Part shown: positions 13,400 to 25,740 of the stretch, piece after piece
Layout: every line of letters starts with the position of its first letter
Numbering within the stretch: position 1 is the stretch's first letter
Notes under the pieces: generated by a model
Told to the model about the DNA's origin: nothing
Databases searched by the model: none
What the model saw: only the letters and a program-made list of their open reading frames with translations
DNA from: Eledone cirrhosa
Taxonomy: Eukaryota
Direction of reading: 5' to 3'
DNA length: 64,000 bases
Assembly (NCBI GenBank): GCA_964016885.1
Contig: OZ024743.1
Location: 368,032,001-368,096,000 of the forward strand
Made by a program: the position numbers and the translations under genes

Positions 13400-13600
13400 A
13401 TAAAATACTTCAGCCACAATCAGTTGCCAATCTGATTGATTAACAAAGATTGATTAACACACTTCAACCACTGGTTCATAGACATACTCTTTCTTCTCTC
13501 TGCCTTTATAATCTACAACAATGGTTTTGTTCCTCTGAACTAACTGGCTCCACCACCTTACCACTGATCCATGTCTCTCCACTCCTCACATCATCTCTAA
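13400..13600 (+). mobile_element. Old CR1/Jockey-like LINE 3' fragment
   Basis: LQPLVHRHTLSSLCLY...CSSEL resembles the L.PL.HRR..SL.LFY...CS.EL C-terminal motif of such LINEs. Confidence 0.4.
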
Positions 13601-14013
13601 TATCTTTCAATATGAGAATGCTTGTAAAGGTTGTTGGGGGAAGGGTCCCTTCTTCCCTTGACTAACTTGTAAAAAATATTGTTAGATATATCATCTATTG
13701 TATTTAGTTTCAGGTGGTAGCCCGAAGATTTGGTCTTACTCTCTATTGCTATTAGCTTTAAGATCCTACTTGAGACAGTTATGCTTTTATAACCTATGGG
13801 TCGATAACAGAATAAAATTTAATTCTGCAATATAGTGAGACTAAATGTTATTTTCATAATATTGCTTCACTTCTGATGACATATATTTGTAAATCAAATG
13901 AGGTTTTACCTATCTTCCAACTTCCTTTTAATCAAACTAATGTTTTAACTCTAATCACATTATTAATATAGAGGAATTGGCAATTTACAGTTTGTACACC
14001 AAATTTTCATATT

Positions 14014-17000
14014 CATCATCATCATCATCATCATCATTTAACGTCCATGTTCCACGCTTGCATGGGTTTGGACGGGAGTTTTCCCACTTGAGGCAAGAGT
14101 GGTTGTCTTGCTCGCATAGGACTGTCTGGCGGGTTTTCTACAGCTGGATGCCCTTCCTAACACCAACCACATTTACAGTGTGGGGCTGGGAGGTTTTTAC
14201 CGTGTTGCCTACACGGCCACATTACAGCGTGGACTGTCTGGCGGGTTTTCTACAGCTGGATGCCCTTCCTAACACCAACCACATTTACAGTGTGGGGCTG
14301 GGAGGTTTTTACCGTGTTGCCTACACGGCCACATTACAGCGTGGACTGTCTGGCGGGTTTTCTACAGCTGGATGCCCTTCCTAACACCAACCACATTTAC
14401 AGCGTGGGGCTGGGAGGTTTTTACCGTGTTGCCTACACGGCCACATTTACAGCGTGGACTGTGTGTTTTTTTTGTCGTGACACCTACACGATCTCATTTG
14501 TTTCGGCCTGGATGTTGTGGCACCAACATAACTTTACATTGAAAGGGGCGATGTGGATGGGGTGGGGGTGGTGAGACGGGGGTGTATTTTGTTAGAGATG
14601 CCTACTGACTGTAGTAGGTTTTACTTTGTATTTAGGTAAGGCGGGTCTTCTCTACTACTGAGTACCGCCAAAGGTCTCGGTCCAGTGACATTGTCTTGGA
14701 GAGGTGTAAGTGTGTGAGGTCGGAATTTATCAGCTCGTCCCAGGTTTTTCTGGGTCTGCCTACTCCGTGGCTACCATCTATCTTTATTGCCCTGCACTTT
14801 GCTATACAGCTGTCGTCTTTCATGCGCATCACGTGACCATACCAACGTAGCCTTCTCTCGAGTAAACAACATCTGATCCCTCTTATTTCTAATTTTTTCC
14901 TTAGTTCGTTTATGCTTTGCCGTTCACGTATATTACTATTACACATCCAGCGGAGCATGCAAGCTTCGTTCCTCTCTAGTCTGCGTATATCCTCTGCACA
15001 CAATGCCCAGGTCTCACTGCCATGCAACATTGCTGTTCGTATGCAGGCATCATACAACCTGCCTTTCATTTTTAGGGAGAACCCTTTAGCGGCTAATAGT
15101 GGTATAAGCTTTCTGAACTTTTTTCATCCAGTTCTGACTCTAGCTACTGTACTTTCAGAGCACCCTCCCCCACTGCTGATTTTGTCCCCCAGGTAACGGA
15201 AGCTGTCCACTATTTCTATAGAACCCTCTGCGCAATTGAAAGAGCTAGTATTTTGTGGGCAATTGCTGCTACTTATTGCACCAGAGCACCGGCCACATGT
15301 AAAATCTCTGTTCTTAGTTAGCTTACCTGTGATCCCACTACATCTTTTATGCACCCATACTTTGCATTTGGGACATAAAATGGAGTTTTTACCTACGCCT
15401 TTCCTACACACTGAGCATGGCCATTTCCCGGAAGGGACCGGTGCCTTATTTACTTTCCTACAAACTAGAACTTTAGTCTTAGCCAGGTTAATTTTAAGGC
15501 CTTTTGATTCTAGGCCGTGCTTCCATGTTTGGAATTTCTTCTCTAGCTCGGCCATTGATTCAGCTATGAGCGTTAGATCATCTGCGTATAGGCGTTCCCA
15601 TGGGCAGCCGGTCTTGAACTCCTCTGTTATAGCCTGAAGGGCAATAATAAATAGTAGGGGGCTAAGAACAGAGCCCTGATGGACACCAACTTTTACGCTA
15701 AACTCTTCACTATATTCGTTGTTAATTCTAACCTTGCTCACTGTTTCTTTATACATGGCTTGTATAGCTCTCACAAGCCATTCGTCAACACCTAGTTTTC
15801 TAAGAGCCCACCAGATAATGGAACGGGGGACTCTGTCGAAGGCTTTCTCCAAGTCGACAAAGGCTAAGTATAGGGGTTTACTTTTAGCTAGGTACTTCTC
15901 CTGTAGTTGTCGTACAATGAAAAGAGCGTCTGTGGTACTTTTGCCTGACACAAACCCGAACTGCATTTCATCTAGATCGATTCTCTCTCTGATTAGTTGC
16001 ACTATTACTTTTTCCGTGACCTTCATGACCTGGTCGATTAATTTAATGCCTCTATAGTTACTCCTATCTAGGGCGTCTCCTTTACCCTTGTAACAGTTAA
16101 TGATGATGCTGCTACACCAGTCCTTCGGAACAACCCCATTCTGTATGACTTGGTTTACTATCCGGGTGACCATGGTGTGTCCCACCGTTCCAGAGGCCTT
16201 CAGCATCTCAGCAACTATTTCTGAAGGCCCAGCCGCCTTACCCATCTTCATATCTTTGATTGCCTTACTTATTATACTACCTTCAACTAACACTGCTGGT
16301 CCCTCTATTGGATCGATCTGGGGGAGACTATCCTTCTCCCATTTATTCTCCTCATTTAGTAGCCTCTCGTAGTGACACTTCCAAGCGACCTTCTTGTCAG
16401 TGATGGCGAGTACGCCATCATCATTTAGTACACACTTCTCCCCAACAATATCACGGTTTTCCTTGACACATTGCCTAGCAATCCTGAACACCTCACGTTT
16501 TTGGTCCTCGCGTTGTAGAACATGCTTGAACTTTCTTTCCTCTGCTTCCCTTCTTGCGAAGTACACTTGTCTCCTAGCTTCCCTCCTGGCCACTTGATAG
16601 TCTTCTCTACTTCCCCCATCCCGCCATACTTTCCAAGCCTGCTTTTTGGCCTTAATCGACTCCTCCACCTTACTGTTCCACCACCATGTTACTCTCCTCC
16701 TGCCTATAGGCCTGCTCCGGCCACAGACTTCGTCTGCCGCCATCAGCGGGTTTGCTTTCAGGAATTCCCACTGTTCCTCTATATTGTACGACTCTAAATG
16801 CTCTTCCTTACTGTCGAAAGCATCAAGTAATATGCTTTGAAATTTATTTCTGGCTGTGGGGTCCTTTAGCTTCCATATTTTTCTCCTGAGGATAGTCCTC
16901 TTCTGCTGTCGAGTACGTCTCGTCCTGACTATGAGGTCGCTAATTATCAGTCTATGTTGGGAGGTGCATTCTTCATGGGGGAGGGATTTAGTGTTTACAA

Positions 17001-17125
17001 CAGTCACTCTGTCACGTCTTCTGGTAAGGATATAATCTACCTGGCTGGTATGTTCCCCTGATCTGTAGGTGATCAAGTGATTGTCTCGTTTTTTGAAGTT
17101 AGTGTTACAGATTGTTAGGTTATTA
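14014..17125 (-). mobile_element. Young 5'-truncated RTE-clade LINE (family A), RT containing a PHD-type finger
   Basis: ORFs 15124..17076 and 14632..15069 are one frame broken by a single TGG>TGA. End of APE domain (SQVDYIL..SQHRLI); RT motifs FVDLEKAFD, GVHQGSVLSP, YADD, FRYLG; RTE C-terminus LRWYGHVMR..GRPRKTW; 3'UTR and (GAT)n tail at 14014-14037. Confidence 0.95.
14119..14460. repeat. 3 x 112-bp near-perfect tandem repeat in the RTE 3'UTR
   Basis: ggactgtctggcggg recurs at 14119, 14231 and 14343; partial fourth start at 14456. Confidence 0.95.
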
Positions 17126-17949
17126 TTATATAGTATTTCTTAGTCTTATAATTAGCCATGTTCTTCACAGTTAATTTTCTCTATTTTCACAATCTAGCAA
17201 CATTGTTACTATAAGAGGGTACCAATAAAATGCTACCCTTTTCTATTTCCATCACTTTTTTACTTGCATGCTAATTTTCATATGTTGTAAAATTTCTATA
17301 TGAAAATTGCCAATACTAAATTTCAATTACAATTTCATGAACTTCTCTCTAGAAAAGGTGTTAACACTTCCTCGAGCACTAAGTTGATTTCTTCTAACAC
17401 TTTTCATAGCTAAAGGAGATTTTGTTGACATCATCAAAGAATGACACATTTCTAATTTTGGATCATGATTGGAGTTAGAGTATATAAACTATTCATAGAA
17501 ATTGATTAGCATTATACATCCACAGACATACATTATGAATTTATCATCATCATACACATATTAACTTCATTTAATATTATCTTCCTCACTGTGCAGCATA
17601 ACAACATTAGCACATTTAAGGTTTTACATGGAAATTCACATAAAATCTATGATCATATGTATGAAGTAATTCTGAAATATTAATTTGGTCGTTCTTATTC
17701 AATGAACTATAAACATTCCTTAGCAAGTTACTGTGTCATTTTTATCCTGAGTTATTGATGTAAAAGATGTAAGTCTATGAAAATGATTCCTGTTTAGAGA
17801 AGGAACTTGTGAATGGTAAAATATTTTTGAAATAGATATATAAAAATCAATGAGAACTCTTTCTCATGTAGTGGAAGGTGTAAGTGGCATATAATGTAGT
17901 TATCTTCTTCTCCTTCGTCTTTTTCTTCCTTTTCTCCTCTTCCTCTCCT

Positions 17950-20790
17950 CCTATTTCGTTGCCTCCTCCTTTTGCTTTGTCTTCTTCTGCATCTCCTCCA
18001 GAGAGGGTCATGGGGGAAGAGTCCTCAAACACTCCTTCCAGCAGATCCTGTCAGAAGCAACTGTCTCCAATTGATCTGGCTGGATCTCCAAGCGAGACCA
18101 GCCAAGCTCATAGATGTTATCCAACCATCTTGTTTGGGGTCTACTCCTGGGTTTCCTGCCAGTTGGTTTGCCCTGTAAAATCTGTCCAGTGATTCTTTCC
18201 TGAGACATTCTAACCACATGCCCATAGTATCGTAGCTGTGATCTCTAAATTCAGAGAAGTAGCGGAGTGACTCTCTGATCTCCGAGCTTTAGAGAAACCC
18301 TATTTTCGCTGCTTGTATTCTTGATCATATTCTTTTGGTCACTACTCAGATTCATGACCATAGCTAAAGGTTGGCACAAATGAGTTTGGCTTTTACACCT
18401 ACATCCCTTCTTCTGATTACCGAATGTTGAAGCTGGTGCATGACTGTACCAGCTCCTGCAATTCTTGCATTTAATTCAGCCTCATGCTTTCCATCAGTTG
18501 CGAATATGGCCCAGAGATACTTGAACTTCACCTGCCTCTGTGGATCTCCATCCACAAGTAGTGCACTGTGCAGTATTCCTTGAGAGGACAAGTGTCTCAG
18601 TTTTAATCCAGCCATGCAGCATTTGGCATCAAACCTATCAAGTGTAAATTGGAGATCACCTTCTGTCGAGTTAAGTAACACCATGTTGTCTGCAAATTCC
18701 AGCTGACTGATTTCACACCTGCCAGTCATGACACCACTTCCAACCCAGCTGCACATATCAATCCTGTTCATGAAAATAATGAAGAGGAGAGGTGAGAGAT
18801 GCACCTTTATTAGAGTCCGACTGCGACATTGAATGGTTTCAGTTTAGTACCATTTATCCAATGACAAGTACTCAGGCATTCGTATAGAGACTTCAGGGCA
18901 GCAAGAAGCTAACCATCGATCCCATACTCCTGCACAACCTTTCACAGCAGGTCCTGAGGAATACGGTTGTATGCCTTTTTGAGTTCTAAAAAACAAGAAT
19001 GTATCTCTTGGCAGTACCCCCACAATTTTCTGAAGATCTGCAACAGCATGAGTATTTGGTCAGCTGTGTTGAGTCTGGTGAAAATCATCTGTTCATCATC
19101 TAGCTTGGACTTGGCACTCTGCCCGCATCTCCTTGCCAGACACATAGCATAGACTTTACTGGGGAGGCTTCACAAGGAAATCCAATTGGAACAATCTTCC
19201 TAGTCTCCCTTTTTGAAAATTGGGATTATCACACCCGAGCGCTATTGCGTGAGCGAGCCAGACAATTCTTTCTGTATTTAAGGCTTTTAACATTTTGGGC
19301 CGGATTTCTTCTTTGTCAGTGGCCTTGTCACATTTGAGCTCTTTAACTGCTATTCTGATTTCAGCCACCAAAGGATTAGTCATCGCTCCTAGATGCACCT
19401 TGCGTACATCATAAGATGTTATTGTTATTGGGTTTAGGACATAAGCAAAGTATTCTCTCCACCTCGCGAACATGTACCTCTCTGAAGAGAGAATCCCAGC
19501 CGCATTCCTGATAGCAAGTGTGGAGGAGGAATATGTATTACAAAGTTGGCGGATGGTCTACCAGAACACATTTGCTGATCTGAAGATGGATTCCAGCTTA
19601 ACCCCAAAGTCCTCCCATGTCTTAACTTTGGACATCTTTACTGTCTCTGCTGTGATTCTTCGTGCCTTCATTTATTGCAAGTGTAAGGACTTATTTCCAA
19701 CCCTAGCATTGTAGGCATCTTTCATCCTATGATTGAACCAAGTCCCCTCCCGCCCTCCTCTGCCATTTGTCACCACCAAACCTCTTTCACCCACAGCATT
19801 TAATAGCTGAAGCAGAAACTGCTTAGCTGAACAATCTCCACCCTGCCTCAATGTCCTCAGTTCTTTCAGTGAGTTCTCTGAATTTAGATGCATTAGTATC
19901 TGCATATCTGGTCCTGACTTCCCTATCCACCAATACTTCCCACTATATCCTGTAGGTCACCCTGGACTTTCCAGTTTTGTAGGCTTCTTTAGCTTTAGGT
20001 AGTCTCCAGTTGCAGGTAACTAGATTGTGATCAGTTGACAGCTCAGCCCCTCTCTTAACACGAACATCCAGCTCAGAATCGAAGAGATCAAAGACAATAA
20101 CAAAATCCTGTCTCTGATTCCCCTTAGATAATGTATATTTATAGATGTGTCTGTGCTGGAAGAAGGTGTTCATAATAGTCCATTATTAAAACAAGTCTAA
20201 TAAGGCCTCTCCATTCATATATAGATTAGGGGTCACCGTTCCTTCCAGTCACTCCTTTCCATGTCAGGTGGTCAGTGCCAACATATGCATCAGGATATAT
20301 GACTCAGTCTTAACTACATCTAATGTTGCAGTGACTTCATCAAAGAAGGATCTGTATTCAGACTCCTTGTTTGGTGCATGAATTTGCACTATGCACATAA
20401 ACCTATCTTTTAGCCTAAGCTTCACAAGGCAAATCCTTGCTCCTAATGCGATCCAGTCCATAACATATTCTGACAGCTGGGGGCTTGTGAATATCTCCAC
20501 TCCTGCCTATGCATTCATTTCTGGTGCCACACCTGAATAAGGTAGTTTCCATCCTCCATCCAAATCTACAGTATCATAGCCACAAAACTTTGTTGAGGAA
20601 ACCCCGACTATATCTAGCTGGTAGCATCTAGCCTCCTCCACAAGTTCCTGCTCCTTACCTGTAACAGTTGTGATGTTCCAGGTTACAACTGTGTGCCCGT
20701 CCAATGCCTCTCAGGACAGGTCGCTGGCCCATTGCCAGTTTTTGCAGCATGAAATGGAGACTGCAATGTATTTTTCAAAGTGCCTGTTCT
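17950..20790 (-). mobile_element. Near full-length decayed RTE LINE (family C, no PHD)
   Basis: APE start TWNITTVTGKEQELVEEA..LDIVGVSST, ELSTDHNLV; RT FLELKKAYNRIP, LSPLLFIIFMNRI, FADNMVLL, FKYL; C-terminal GRKPRSRPQTRWLD. Many frameshifts. Confidence 0.9.
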
Positions 20791-21881
20791 TATAATGTAG
20801 ATATGATTGCGGAATTTGAATAAAAGGTTTTGGTCATTGATCTTATTCAGAACTAGAGCATTAAGTCTTGCAATATCTGATAGCATCAGGGAAGAACTAG
20901 ACTCGTGCTTTTAATAAAGACCTCAAAATACTGAAAGGTGAAGTTGATCTCAGCAGGATTTCATCCCAGAGAGCAGAGCCAGAATAAATACTGTAAAGTA
21001 ATCTGTTCAACATTCTGACCTAATATAGATATTAGTTGTTTATAAAACTCCTGTGAATGTTTCCCTTCCATTTTGCAATCAGATTTGTTAATGGCAATTC
21101 TTTCATCGAATATATATATTGTAGATTCAGAACATATTTTCCCACACCATGTAGAAACACAGACCACCTACACAGTGAAACAAAAATATTCAAAATGAAA
21201 GTCATCTCTAGTAGAACAGTGTATTGCTGCAGTATGTTCCAATCATCTCAATCTCTGCCACTGCATGTGTTATCATCCAGACACATCTCCAGAACAATAA
21301 TATTACAGTATCCTAAGAACACTATCTTTCCCAGCTAGTATCACATGTATACATAAATAACAGCAGTATCAATAACTACATTAGCTCCAAACACTACTGG
21401 AATGTGCTCAATCAATGATAATTATAATAGGACAACTGTGGTGCTCTGACTAGGTCTAGCTTGTCTGCTTCCATGATATTCAATACCATAAACTACTGAC
21501 ATCCAAAAACTATGAAAGAAAAATGTCTCCACTGCCACATGATACCCTTTTGATAAACCATGTATGTAGCAGTAGAGAGTATGGTCCTCCATTAAACAGT
21601 GGTATAGAAAAATCTGGATCAGTAGATCACACATATTCACTATGTGCCAGAGGTCTCTTTGTTTGGGATTGACCTGGGGCAAAACAATGGTGAAAGCTAA
21701 AATTTATGCTGGCAATACTTTTTCTTTCCTTAATATTTACTTTACTGATGAAGCAGTATTCAGAAAAGTTAAAGGTTGGTAATTGAGTTTATATCTTAGA
21801 AACATATTAAGAGACATCCGGTGGCTTTGGGAGCTGAAAGGAATGATAGAACTGAGAGTAGCCAGTGTCCCAAGTAAGATT

Positions 21882-22375
21882 CATCATCATCATCATCATC
21901 ATCACTGTTTTACGTCTGTTCTTCCACGCTAGCATGGGTTAGACGGGTTGTCCTGTTGTGGGCAGTGTCTGGTCGGCTGACCATGCCTTGCTCATACAGG
22001 AACTGATTTGGCTTGATTTCTACAGCTGGATGCCCTTCCTTGCTGGGTGCTTTTTCGTGGCATCTACACGTCCACTTTACAGTGTGGGCTGGGTGCTTTT
22101 TTGCCATGGCACCTCCACGACCACCTTGCAGTGGGGGGAGTGGGGGCATCTTGTCTATATGCTTCATCTTGTACCCATGGGAAGTCGGGTACTCTGTATT
22201 ACTGTGTGATGCCAGAGGTCACGGTCGTGTGTCATCGCCTTTGAGAGGTGTAATTGGGTAAGGTCGGCTTTTATCACCTCATCCCAGGTCATCTTGGGTC
22301 TCCCCACTCCGGTTTCCATCGACTTCTAGTGCTCTGCACCTTTTTATACAGCTGTCATCCTTCATACACATCACA
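21882..22375 (-). mobile_element. RTE family B, 3' fragment with (GAT)n tail
   Basis: Colinear with 24747-25210; (cat)n at 21882-21904. Confidence 0.85.
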
Positions 22376-22717
22376 TCAAGATTATTTCAAATTAAAAGAT
22401 ATTTTGGTTAATGTAAGAGATGAAGTAAATAAATGAGTCAAGATATTTCAGTAATTTGAAAGAATTTAATGATGTATGGAAGACTATCTAGTTTTAGTTG
22501 GTGGAAAAAGTTTTTGGAGAAGATAGAAGTCTTGTCATCTAGATATTTCGACAGAAGTTGATGGGGAGGATATAGCCAAGAATGTTATGGTGGTTCTGAG
22601 ATTATTAATGTTGGTAGACATGGAGAGGGATTAATTAAGTCTTGCTTAAAAGGTAATGAAAAAATATGGAAAATATGTATAGTGTACTACAGAGATAACA
22701 TATATATATCTTATTGA

Positions 22718-24035
22718 ACAAATATGGAAGCATGGCCTAGAATCAAAAGGCCTTAAAATTAACCTGTCTAACACTAAAGTTCTAGTTTGTAGGAAGGAAA
22801 ATAGGGCACCAGTCCCATCTGGGAAATGGCCATGCTCAGTGTATAGGAAAGGAGTAGGCAGAAACTCCATTTTATGTCCCAAATGCAAAGTATGGGTGCA
22901 TAAAAGATGTAGTGGGATCACAGGTAAGCTAACTAAGAATATAGATTTTATATGTGATTTTATATGCTGCTACTTATTGCACTGGTGCTCTGGTGCAATA
23001 AGTAGCAGCAAGTGCCCACAGAATACTAGCTCATTCCATTGCACAGATGGTTCTATAGAAATAGTGGACACCTTCCGTTACCTGGGTGACAAAATAAGCA
23101 GTGGTGGAGGGTTCTCCGAAAGTACAGTAGCCAGTGTCAGAACGGGATGGAAAAAGTTCAGAGAGCTTATACCACTATTGGCCGCTAAAGGGTTCTCACT
23201 AAAAATGAAAGGCAGGCTGTATGATGCCTGCATACGAACAGCAATGTTGCATGGCAGTGAGATCTGGGCATTGTGTGCAGAGGATATACGCAGACTGGAG
23301 AGGAACGAAGCTTGCATGCTCCGCTGGATGTGTAATAGTAATATACGTGAACGGCAAAGCATAAACGAACTAAGGGAGAAATTAGGAATAAGAGGGATCA
23401 GATGCTGTTTACTCGAGAGAAGACTATGTTGGTACGGTCACGTGATGCGCATGAAAGACGATAGCTGTATAAAAGAGTGCAGGGCAATAAAAATAGACAG
23501 TAGTCACGGAGTAGGCAGACCCAGAAAAACCTGGGACGAGCTGATAAATTCCGACCTTACACACTTACACCTCTCCAAGACAATGTCACTGGACCGAGAT
23601 CTTTGGCACAGTAATACAGTAATACAGAAGACCCGCCTTGCCTAAGTACAAAGCGAAACCTACAGTCAGTAGGCACCTCTAACAAAATACACCCCGGCCC
23701 CACTACCCCCACCCCATCCACACCACCCCTTCCAATGTAAAGTTATGTTGGTACCACAGCATCCAGTCCGAAACAAATGAGGGCGTGTAGGTGTCAACAA
23801 AAAAAACACACAGTCCACGCTGTAATGTGGCTGTGTAGGTAACACGGTAAAAACCTCCCAGTTCCACACTGTAAAAGTGGTTGGTGTTAGGAAGGGCATC
23901 CAGCTGTAGAAAACCCGCCAGACAGTCCTATACGAGCAAGACAACCAATCTTGCCTCAAGTGGGAAAATTCCCGGGAAAAAAACCTATGCTAGCGTGGAA
24001 GATGGACGTTAAACGATGATGATGATGATGATGAT
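22718..24035 (+). mobile_element. RTE family A, 5'-truncated copy
   Basis: ORF 22839..23645 is nearly identical to the C-terminal half of the 14-17 kb copy (TGG intact). Same 3'UTR with a single repeat unit and (GAT)n tail. Confidence 0.95.
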
Positions 24036-24706
24036 CTTGTATATTCATGGATAAGTCACGGGTTTTTACTAAAAAGGCGGGTGTGCAAAGCTGCATGCAT
24101 CTCTAATAAACTTTACTCTGGGCTTGAAATTTTCAGAACGTACTTACATAAATGTGCATATGTTGTAAGTTCACTCACACACACTTACTGGTAAATGATT
24201 TCAAATGTAGAGTGGATTAGTTATCTCTCTACTTAGTTTGTATGAATATTGGCAGTGTAAACAAATATACATTGATGATGTTTCATGTGAAACTACTGTT
24301 TAAACAAAATCCATTTCTCTGACTAAAACAAATGCACCTGTTATGGTACACAGTCTCCTGAATTTATATGTATATGCTTTCTATGTGTGTAAAATATATG
24401 TACATTTCTCTATCAGGTTGTTGTCATTTTACTGCCTGACTTAGCATATATTGCCTGTCAATCAGGTTTGGTGACTTAAAGTACCAGTTAACATTTGTTC
24501 TAGGCATTGATTCCAGGAATTTGATAGACAACTGTATTAGCAACAGTAAGGGATTATTTTAGCATTTTTATTTTATTTAGATACAACCACAAGTGAAGTT
24601 GTAAACAGTATTTATTAAAAGGAGTATGCAGTGTATGTATGAATTGAAGACTGATGCCAAATATTATAAACTCAGAGAGGTTGCAACTTAATATATGGTA
24701 TTGTAT

Positions 24707-24707
24707 A

Positions 24708-24747
<40 letters not shown>
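24707..24747. repeat. (TA)n microsatellite
   Basis: About 20 TA units abutting an RTE tail. Confidence 0.95.
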
Positions 24748-24749
<2 letters not shown>

Positions 24750-25555
24750 TCATCACCGTTTTACGTCCGTTCTTCCATGCTAGCATGGCTTAGACAGGTT
24801 GTCCTGTTGTGGGCAGTGTCCGGTTGGCTGACCTTGTCTTGCTCATATGGGAACTGATTCTGGCTTGATTTCTACAGCTGGATGCCCTTCCTAACACCAA
24901 CCTCATTTACAGTGTGGGCTGGGTACTTTTTTGCTGTGGCACCTCCACAACCACTTTAGAGTGGGAGGGTGTGGGGGCATATTGTCTCTATGCTTCAGCT
25001 TTGGCTTGTACCCGTAGGGGGTTCGGGTCTTTTGTATTACTGAGCGACGCCAGAGGTCACGCTCGTGTGTCATCGCCTTTGAGAGGCGTAATTGGGTAAG
25101 GTCGGCTTTTATCACCTCATCCCAGGTCATCTTGGGTCTCCCCACTCCGCGGTTTCCATCAACTTCTAGTGCTCTGCACCTTTTTATGCAGCTCTCATCC
25201 ATCATACGCATCACGTGTCCATACCAACGCAACCGCCTCTCCTGCACACAGCATTTGATTCCTCTTATGCTCAGTCTCTCTCTCAATTCATTTATGCTTT
25301 GCCGTTCGCGTATATTACTATTACACATCCATCGGAGTATGCAGACTTCATTTCTTTCTAATCTACGCAAGTCTTCCACAGACAGCGCCAAGGTCTCACT
25401 ACCATGCAACATTGCTGTTCGTTTACACGCATCATACAGTCTGCCTTTCATTTTGAGGGAAAAGCCTTTTGCAGCTAGCACTGGCAGTAGCTCCCTCAAC
25501 TTCTTCCATCCCGTTCTTACCCTAGTTATTGTACTTTCCGAACGCCCACCTCCTC
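24747..25555 (-). mobile_element. RTE family B, 5'-truncated copy
   Basis: ORF 24903..25499 (KGRLYDAC..MLHGSET..LRWYGHVMR..GRPKMTW) is related to family A but has a distinct 3'UTR. Confidence 0.92.
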
Positions 25556-25740
25556 AGCCCCAGGGATACCTCCTTACTCACCACCATAGGCGCTGAGCTG
25601 GCCAGCCGCAGGTGTGAGCCCCGCGAGTTGGAGTGGCTTTTCCAGCGCGTATCCCTTGCCGTCATCCGGGGAAACACCTTCTCCATTCTGTCTGCCGGGG
25701 CTGTGGGTGGGCCCCATCGCGTACCGTTGTAGTTGTTGTA
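25555..25740 (+). mobile_element. CRE-like element 3' end (second, GC-rich subfamily)
   Basis: EPRELEWLFQRVSLAVIRGNTFSIL matches the CRE-type C-terminal motif FQR.SLA..RGN. Confidence 0.7.

Noticed and set aside
14119-14460. Regularly spaced repeats as a CRISPR-like array
   Set aside because: Units are contiguous and near-identical with no unique spacers; they lie in a LINE 3'UTR in eukaryotic DNA.
13977-14574. ORFs of 135 and 104 aa with repeated peptides
   Set aside because: Antisense read-through of the tandem 3'UTR repeat.
14912-16840. Series of + strand ORFs
   Set aside because: Antisense shadows of the RTE ORF.
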